Source: an uncultured virus (IMG/VR IMGVR_UViG_3300025154_000007)
Taxonomy: Duplodnaviria; Heunggongvirae; Uroviricota; Caudoviricetes
Length of the DNA: 64,000 bases
IMG/VR virus record: IMGVR_UViG_3300025154_000007
Strand: one strand, 5' to 3'
Of this stretch, positions 57,850 to 64,000 are shown in pieces. A program made the translations under genes and the position numbers. Position 1 is the first letter of the stretch, and each line of letters starts with the position of its first letter. The notes beneath the pieces are model-generated. The model was given only the letters and a program-made list of their open reading frames with translations, ran no database searches and was not told where the DNA came from.

Positions 57850-58251
57850 TTATAGATTCAGATCCCACAATTTATCCAGCATAATATCCGATAATGCCGC
57901 TAAATGAACCGCCGCGAATTCCTCATGCTCGAACATATCCCGGATTTTCAAAGATTTACACAAGGTAAAAATAACATGATTGCATTCATGCATTATTATA
58001 TATCGGTTAAGTTTATCTTTTGAAAATCGCAATGTTCCGTATATACTCCTTCTATTGGTATGATTATATTTCCGGTTAGGCGAAAACATTGCCCGGCTTG
58101 CAGTATAAATAGGATCATTGCTGAATGACTTTACTATGCAATCTTCGTGGTATTCTTTTGCGGTATCGTAAATATCGATTTCCAGCCTGATTATATGATC
58201 CCTTTGCTTATACTGGGCCGAATAATTCAGGAAACGGATTTCTTTGGACAA
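57850..58251 (-). CDS. hypothetical protein with HExxH metallopeptidase-like motif
   Basis: IIMHECNH...EEFAA. Confidence 0.6.
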   Translation of the reverse strand: MSKEIRFLNYSAQYKQRDHIIRLEIDIYDTAKEYHEDCIVKSFSNDPIYTASRAMFSPNRKYNHTNRRSIYGTLRFSKDKLNRYIIMHECNHVIFTLCKSLKIRDMFEHEEFAAVHLAALSDIMLDKLWDLNL

Positions 58252-58295
58252 TTATGAATCCCCCCTTTTGTTAAAAATATTATAGATTCAAACTA

Positions 58296-58589
58296 TCAAT
58301 GTTTTATTGTTTCGCAATATTCGCAGATATTATATTTCTTTTCACTCATTTTATGACAATGCGGGCATTCCTCTTCTTTTTCCGTAATTCTCAATTCAGT
58401 TGACGAAACAGGTTTATTTGGTTCAACGGGTATTTTCTTCTTTTTCTTTATTGCGCCGTATATTGTTATACCCAGAAATGCCGCAAAGAAAATAGGCGCA
58501 GGAATTGTTCCGTAAGAACAGATTGAAAGTATCAGCGCAATACCGTACAAAAGAATCAGAATAATCGGAAGGAAGAAAACATATACCAT
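58296..58589 (-). CDS. membrane protein with C-terminal Zn ribbon
   Basis: Two TM segments, CPHC...CEYC. Confidence 0.65.
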   Translation of the reverse strand: MVYVFFLPIILILLYGIALILSICSYGTIPAPIFFAAFLGITIYGAIKKKKKIPVEPNKPVSSTELRITEKEEECPHCHKMSEKKYNICEYCETIKH

Positions 58590-58601
58590 GATAATTCTCC
58601 T

Positions 58602-59507
58602 TTAAATATTAGCTTTCAATATAGCGCTAATTGATCTTGCATCCTTTTCCCCTTTCGATAAAGATAACAATTCTTTATAGATAGCTTTCAAATTATCTAA
58701 GGCGATAGTATCCTGCTTTAATTGTTCTTCACGAAGATCAATCATATGCTTTAATTGAATTAAACTTGCCCTTTCAAACGGAATACGCAAATATTCAGTA
58801 TTACCGTTATATTCATCTTGATAAGTTACAAATCTAGGTGCTTGCCTTTCTCCTATCGTATCTATTTTACACTTTAATATCGCAGTCCTACATATTTCAT
58901 TTACTCCGTTTTTATACTCACTAATAACATTTTTATAATCTTTATTTCCACCACTAACAATATCAATTAGTTCATCCCCAACTTTATCAATAGTAAAAGG
59001 CTTATTACGTGTAGATAAATCATCAATTATAACTTTCATCGCCTCTTGAACTGAATAATAATGGCCTTTAGAATCCACTGATCGCGCCACGTAATCTTGG
59101 GCACCCATACCCGTATTAATACCTAATTGTTTTGCTTGTTTCAACGCCAAATCAGTTATATGTTTATTATATATTTGTTTAGCGGTTATGCAGTCAGGAT
59201 ATTTATTAAGGTACAACAAAACATCTTCACCATTTTCAATAAAGAAATTACCCATTCCTTTTTGAAAACCTTTAGTTTCTTTATCTATTTCAAATAAACG
59301 AATAATACACGTTATTTCCAATTGTAATAACTCTATTCTCATTTTATAAATGTATCCCATAGTCTTCCAATATTGGCGCATTGCTTTTATTTTAGTTAAA
59401 AATACTTTAAGCGCCTCAGTACTGGAAATGGCCTTTATTTCTTTTGTCATTTCTCCCAATTGAGAATAAATATCTGATATGCCCGATAGAACCAATTCAT
59501 TAGTCAT
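58602..59507 (-). CDS. hypothetical protein
   Basis: 301-aa ORF, AGGGGG RBS. Confidence 0.7.
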   Translation of the reverse strand: MTNELVLSGISDIYSQLGEMTKEIKAISSTEALKVFLTKIKAMRQYWKTMGYIYKMRIELLQLEITCIIRLFEIDKETKGFQKGMGNFFIENGEDVLLYLNKYPDCITAKQIYNKHITDLALKQAKQLGINTGMGAQDYVARSVDSKGHYYSVQEAMKVIIDDLSTRNKPFTIDKVGDELIDIVSGGNKDYKNVISEYKNGVNEICRTAILKCKIDTIGERQAPRFVTYQDEYNGNTEYLRIPFERASLIQLKHMIDLREEQLKQDTIALDNLKAIYKELLSLSKGEKDARSISAILKANI

Positions 59508-59526
59508 AAATCCCCCTATACAGAAA

Positions 59527-60489
59527 TTAAAATCCCCACTCTTTCTTGATGACGCCTAATTTATTTTTTTTATCTTCTATCCTCTGTAATTTATTTTTTT
59601 CTTTTTCACTGGCCTTATAATTCAAAATTATAGATTTAGAACTATCACAAGTATGTTTTTTGTTTAATTTCTGTAAACTACCACATTCAAAGCACCAATA
59701 ATAGCCAGATTTAAACAGCGCCGAACTAAAAAGATCATCGCAATAACCGCAAATATTTATTTTTGTGTCTTTAAAAAAAGGAACAGTGTCGTAATCTGTC
59801 ACTTCAATTTGCGATTGACGATGAAAACGGCCTGATCCTTCATAATATCTTCCGCAAATTAAGCAATAATCATTACGTTGATAGTCATTCCTCATATAAG
59901 GCATTTTACGGCCTTTGTCATACATATAACGAAATTGAATTAATTTACTTATCTTGTGTCGTATTCTAGGCACAAAATAATGTTTTCCGTCTAACATTTC
60001 TAACATAATACGATTATCATCGTAAAAACTTCTTTTAATATTAAAGGCATTATTTATATGGAATTCATTAGCATGATCATTGTAATTATGATCATCGTTT
60101 ATTAAATAATGATTCGACTTTTTAGCTAATAAATCCCCATAAAATTCATATGATAAATGTTCTAATTTTTCTTTAATAGTACCATTTTTATATTTATTAT
60201 AAGTATCAGTAGTGACTCTTCTATTTATTTCCTTTTCTTCATATCCACGCCGTAAACTTCTTTTTATATGATTAGAATAATAGTACATTAATTTATTAAT
60301 ATTATATATTGAGTGAATACCCCGTATTTTATCATACACACTTTCAATAAATTCATTTTCTTTATTTTCTTTTTCCTCTGGAGAACGGGTCGAACCCAAT
60401 CCCCAATGCATTATCGCTTTTCGCATTTCAATATGATCTAAATATGTAAGAACATCTCCAAGTTTAGCGAACAATTTTTCAGCTTTCAC
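59527..60489 (-). CDS. hypothetical protein with Cys clusters
   Basis: 320-aa ORF; CLICG, CGYC, CFECG..HTC; TCTATAATA motif upstream. Confidence 0.65.
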   Translation of the reverse strand: MKAEKLFAKLGDVLTYLDHIEMRKAIMHWGLGSTRSPEEKENKENEFIESVYDKIRGIHSIYNINKLMYYYSNHIKRSLRRGYEEKEINRRVTTDTYNKYKNGTIKEKLEHLSYEFYGDLLAKKSNHYLINDDHNYNDHANEFHINNAFNIKRSFYDDNRIMLEMLDGKHYFVPRIRHKISKLIQFRYMYDKGRKMPYMRNDYQRNDYCLICGRYYEGSGRFHRQSQIEVTDYDTVPFFKDTKINICGYCDDLFSSALFKSGYYWCFECGSLQKLNKKHTCDSSKSIILNYKASEKEKNKLQRIEDKKNKLGVIKKEWGF

Positions 60490-60599
60490 TATAAACCACC
60501 CTTAAAATATGTAAGTTAACTACTTACAGTTGTATTATAGACGAAAAACATTCTTTTTATCATTTCAAAACAATTATTCCGCATAAAGTCCAAAAGTTT

Positions 60600-60875
60600 T
60601 TGAACGTGTTTCTATATATTTATTTTAATATATTGGAAGCGGTTTTATTGTTTTGGGTGACGTATATAGAAGAAAACATTGATTTTGAAAAAAGGAGCGT
60701 ATACTATAGTATATGGTACCAGCGTATACAGGAGTATATGCTTATATATAAGAAATAGACTAATCTCAAGAAATAAGTTATCTCTAAAGAGATAATAAGA
60801 ACCTTGCGGTTCATCAATCCCTTTTAAAAACCTTTTATAGCCTATAGCAAAAAACCAGAACATCGTCTATAATAT
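60600..60875. promoter_or_regulatory. divergent AT-rich control region with clustered palindromes (candidate origin)
   Basis: TATACTATAGTATA (60700-60713), CTTATATATAAG (60741-60752), TTATCTCT-AA-AGAGATAA (60778-60795), AGCGTATAC x2; flanked by outward-facing TCTATAATA motifs. Confidence 0.5.
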
Positions 60876-60888
60876 GAAGTATAGGAAA

Positions 60889-61028
60889 GCAAGCGACCTT
60901 TGGCCGGGTTTCTTGCACGATCTTTTCTAAACGGGTCCAGATTCGACAAGCCCCTTTGGGCGGCTCGCTGATTCTGGTATTGAGGACCAAATACTGGAAG
61001 AGGGGCCACGAGCCACCCAAAGGGGTTT
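60889..61028 (+). ncRNA. structured 5' leader / cis-regulatory RNA
   Basis: Hairpin 60889-60916; long stem 60948-60967 / 61009-61028 enclosing hairpin 60972-60999; ends 3 nt before the TTG start. Confidence 0.6.
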
Positions 61029-61031
61029 TAT

Positions 61032-62345
61032 TTGAATGATTTAATATCTATTAAAAAACAAATACTATTAAATACGTATAGAAAAGAAATATGGGATTTT
61101 TATAATTTTTCTATAATAGAATTATTTATATTTGACCGCTTTTTCAATTGGGCTTCTACGGGGCAAATGATTTTTATTATGCACGATGGCAAGAAATTCT
61201 TTTTGATTGATTATTTTTATATTGCCCCTTCTTGGGGAATGTCGGAGATTTATTTGAAAAAGATAATGCTGGGATTATCCGGCTCAATGCCCAAAAACGT
61301 TTCTACTAATCTTAAATATCCGTTGATAAGACTTACCCAAAAAGATGAATATAAAAAATGGAAGTCTTATTATGGGTTTGAAATCGGCACAATGAACACT
61401 TTGATTTCTTGGGATAGTCTAAGTCTGAAAAGAAAAGCATTCCTAGAGGAGTTTATAAATATGGACGGCCTGTTTACCGAATTGCCCATCCAGCCGAAAC
61501 AAATAATAAAAGACAAGGATTTCCATAAAGTCCCCGCCCATTCAGTTTGCCTTGATCTTTACAAATCACTTTTACAAATAAATACAAATAACGGAAAGCG
61601 TTTATTTGTAAACCATATCATACCCGCCGATGCCCATCATTACAACGCCACCTATGCGCATTTCCAGGACGCAATCTTTTGTCTTTATGAAGGTAAATTC
61701 CTTACTACCTACAATTCCGATAAAATGGTCGAATGGTTCCGAATCAAATATAAATATTATTTAAATAATGAATCTATAAAAGAAAAAATACGATCCTGTA
61801 AACATGACTGGAATAAAATAAAAGAAATAGTATTGGAAGCCGGGAACAATTACGCTTTATGGTTTGATGTCAATTCCGAACAATATGATAAAGATGCATT
61901 ACCTAGATCCATCGTAGATTGGATATATTCCGCTCATACGGAGACTTCAATGTTCTATGTTTCATTATTGCAACCGCCGACATCCGCACGGGAAGCCGAG
62001 GCGGAAAGATTGTTCAACAGGATCAACCCGAAATACCGGAAAATATTCTATTCATTGAAACAGGAAAGTTTCGACGGCTACACATTCTGGAATAAAATAA
62101 ATGACCTGATAAAATGGTATGATAAATATTGGGGAAGATTGACCAGACAGGATATTAATTGTGCTTATTGGCTGGATGGAATAACGGCTAATTTCCTGAA
62201 TAACTATAAAGAATGGCTTATGGCTTTCACCGATGAAAAACCCTTCCTTAAAAATATCGGAATAAATAATAATACCTTCGATTTATATATCAAACAGAAA
62301 ATAAAAGATCACGGTATCGAAATCGAAATCCCAAGGAGTTTGTAA
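61032..62345 (+). CDS. hypothetical protein (437 aa)
   Basis: Long ORF, TTG start; first gene after the divergent control region; no motif recognised. Confidence 0.7.
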   Translation: MNDLISIKKQILLNTYRKEIWDFYNFSIIELFIFDRFFNWASTGQMIFIMHDGKKFFLIDYFYIAPSWGMSEIYLKKIMLGLSGSMPKNVSTNLKYPLIRLTQKDEYKKWKSYYGFEIGTMNTLISWDSLSLKRKAFLEEFINMDGLFTELPIQPKQIIKDKDFHKVPAHSVCLDLYKSLLQINTNNGKRLFVNHIIPADAHHYNATYAHFQDAIFCLYEGKFLTTYNSDKMVEWFRIKYKYYLNNESIKEKIRSCKHDWNKIKEIVLEAGNNYALWFDVNSEQYDKDALPRSIVDWIYSAHTETSMFYVSLLQPPTSAREAEAERLFNRINPKYRKIFYSLKQESFDGYTFWNKINDLIKWYDKYWGRLTRQDINCAYWLDGITANFLNNYKEWLMAFTDEKPFLKNIGINNNTFDLYIKQKIKDHGIEIEIPRSL

Positions 62346-62636
62346 ATGGATAAATTATTGGAATTGATATCTAAATGCAAGTGCCATATTTCTTTGGAAA
62401 TAAATGAGCATAGAAATTATTACGCTACAGTGAAGGAAACATTGGATGAATTAAATTCATTGGAATGCCCGCCTAGTTATGATGAAGAAATAAAAAATAA
62501 AATGATAAAATGGGATACAATAATATCATTGCAATTCTATCCTATTACCCCGATTGGTTTTTATAGTTTGTTAGATTCTGATTTGGACAGCATTTTAACC
62601 AGGGCTTTGAATTGTCTAAAGGAGGAAAATAAATGA
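62346..62636 (+). CDS. hypothetical protein
   Basis: AAGGAG RBS; operon context. Confidence 0.6.
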   Translation: MDKLLELISKCKCHISLEINEHRNYYATVKETLDELNSLECPPSYDEEIKNKMIKWDTIISLQFYPITPIGFYSLLDSDLDSILTRALNCLKEENK

Positions 62637-62920
62637 TTTTGAAACCCGGAACAACAGGATGGAAATGGTCCGATGATATCAAAAATAAAATCCGTGCAAC
62701 CTGCCTGAAAATTGACCGAACAAAAGAATGGCGCGAAAAGCGGATAAATGCATCGAACGAAGTCTGCAACAAAAAAGTAATTTGCATCGAAACCGGAAAA
62801 GAATATAAATCGGAATCTGCCGCCGCAAAAGAATTGAAAGTAAAACCGATCCAGATATCGCGGGTTGTCCGAGGCGAGCGGCATACGGTGCATGGTTTAA
62901 GTTTTAGGTTTATCGTATGA
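62633..62920 (+). CDS. NUMOD3/NUMOD1-type DNA-binding protein (homing-endonuclease-associated domains, no nuclease domain)
   Basis: G.KWS...K.KI, KKVICIETG.EY.S...AA..L.....IS.V..G.R.T..G..F.F. Confidence 0.7.
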   Translation: MILKPGTTGWKWSDDIKNKIRATCLKIDRTKEWREKRINASNEVCNKKVICIETGKEYKSESAAAKELKVKPIQISRVVRGERHTVHGLSFRFIV

Positions 62921-63312
62921 AAATGTACGATTGTCCGAAATTCAATATTTGTTCAGCTCCGTTATGCCCGCTGAATAAAAACAGTTTGAAAAATGGTGAA
63001 TGGTATCCGAATGATGAAATATGCCATAAAGTTTCGGAACGGAAAAACAAACGCTGGATAAAAATACAGCGACGTATCCAGAAAAAGACAAACGGCAATC
63101 CAGATATCGGAGAATTCAATTTTGCAATGCTCGAAAGGATCAAGGCAGTAGGTTCAAAAATCCACGGCTTGGGTGATATCCGCAAACCACCGCTTTTGCG
63201 TACATGGCTCCAGAATCATCCGCCTATCGATACTAAATCCATGACAGTAATCAAACGGCACTGGGAAGCAGGTAAACGACTTGCTGAGTACAGGGTTAAA
63301 TCGAATGTCTGA
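62917..63312 (+). CDS. hypothetical protein
   Basis: CP.F..CSAPLCPL N-terminal Cys motif; ATGA coupling. Confidence 0.6.
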   Translation: MKMYDCPKFNICSAPLCPLNKNSLKNGEWYPNDEICHKVSERKNKRWIKIQRRIQKKTNGNPDIGEFNFAMLERIKAVGSKIHGLGDIRKPPLLRTWLQNHPPIDTKSMTVIKRHWEAGKRLAEYRVKSNV

Positions 63313-63625
63313 CGCCAAAAAGTACCGGTTTTCCTTACGGAATTTGACCAAGCTTGTGTTTGACGTATCTTTCCTAGTCCGAGGGTTTGGGTATCTTTTT
63401 TCATCGCATTTCAGCGGTTATGGATCGCGTCCTCGGAACGATACCCAGTATAAGTTCAAGGATCGTACGTAAAACGGGTTAATTGTTTAATTCTATATAG
63501 TGTAAGGGGTTATTTTATCATGATTAGTGCCATTTACCTTCAAAAACAAATAAAAATATTTTTACGATTTTTTATAACTCTATATACTATATACATTTAT
63601 AAATGTTTTATAAGTGCGTTTTTTG

Positions 63626-63655
63626 TTTACAAAATTAGAAAACCCGTGATATACT
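63626..63655 (+). promoter_or_regulatory. sigma70-like (probably early) promoter
   Basis: TTTACA-18 nt-TATACT with TGn extension, AT-rich upstream tract, AAGGAG RBS downstream. Confidence 0.6.
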
Positions 63656-63680
63656 ATAGATAGTTAGTAAGGAGAGCAGT

Positions 63681-63878
63681 ATGGAAATGACGGCAGCGGT
63701 AAAAGATAAGGTGACTGGAGAAAAATCCTCTATAACCCGCGACTGGGATATGACTAAAAAAGAATTTAGAGTCGAGCTTAATCGAAATGGCTATACGGTT
63801 ATTGGTAGGATTTTTACTGAGGAGGATATGAGCACTCGTCGTGGTCGTCTTTATTGGTGCCATGGGGTAAAAATTTAA
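63681..63878 (+). CDS. hypothetical protein
   Basis: AAGGAG RBS after the promoter. Confidence 0.6.
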   Translation: MEMTAAVKDKVTGEKSSITRDWDMTKKEFRVELNRNGYTVIGRIFTEEDMSTRRGRLYWCHGVKI

Positions 63879-63944
63879 TCGTAGATAGCCGCCTACGGGC
63901 GGTAATGCGGCGAGCCGGTCCAAAGCCCGGCAAAGGAGCTTTTT

Positions 63945-64000
63945 ATGAAAGCATTGATGGCTGATTCGGTTTATGGCGTTTACGAAGTAGACGGGTTCAT
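63945..64000 (+). CDS. 5' end of a hypothetical protein (partial)
   Basis: AAAGGAG RBS then ATG; MKALMADSVYGVYEVDGF... open to the window end. Confidence 0.55.
   Translation, partial: MKALMADSVYGVYEVDGF

Noticed and set aside
3395..60874. Calling the repeated promoter a sigma28 (FliA) promoter
   Set aside because: The upstream TAAA is suggestive, but the -10 is TCTATAAT rather than GCCGATAA and the spacing differs.
62633..62920. Active homing endonuclease or intron
   Set aside because: Only NUMOD-type DNA-binding motifs; no HNH, GIY-YIG or LAGLIDADG domain and no interrupted host gene.
1..64000. Integrase, repressor, CRISPR array, rRNA, IS element, inteins in terminase or polymerase
   Set aside because: No supporting motifs or size anomalies seen; absence is by eye only.

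Overview
The window is most of a tailed (siphovirus-type) dsDNA bacteriophage genome. It is AT-rich, and I found no integrase or repressor. A + strand arm (1-20.4 kb) encodes a self-sufficient replication/recombination set: primase, SNF2 helicase, a helicase-DNA methyltransferase fusion, DnaB-like helicase, two tandem beta-clamp-like proteins, a family A polymerase fused to a UDG-like domain, clamp loader, UvsY-like, gp32-like SSB, RecA-like and NinG-like proteins. It converges at about 20.4 kb on a long - strand arm, which runs in transcription order: split Rad50/Mre11 nuclease (53-57 kb); an accessory block (45-52.6 kb); terminase, SPP1-type portal, head, neck, tail, tape measure and tail tip; lysis cassette. 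A second + strand unit starts at about 61 kb after a divergent AT-rich control region. The standout is the accessory block: beta-barrel porin-like protein, sugar ABC solute-binding protein, two permeases (no ATPase), a CMP-nonulosonate (NeuA/PseF-like) synthetase and a Maf/DUF115-family glycosyltransferase-like protein. Together they suggest a phage-encoded import, activate and transfer pathway for sialic-acid-like sugars. Other notable signals: a recurring TCTATAATA promoter motif (at least 11 copies), several structured non-coding RNA candidates, two A-AAA-AAN -1 frameshift sites, fully nested spanin-like genes and a set of small basic virion-cluster proteins. Signal peptide style and gene content hint at a spirochaete host (inference only). 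All calls come from motif recognition by eye; no database searches were run.
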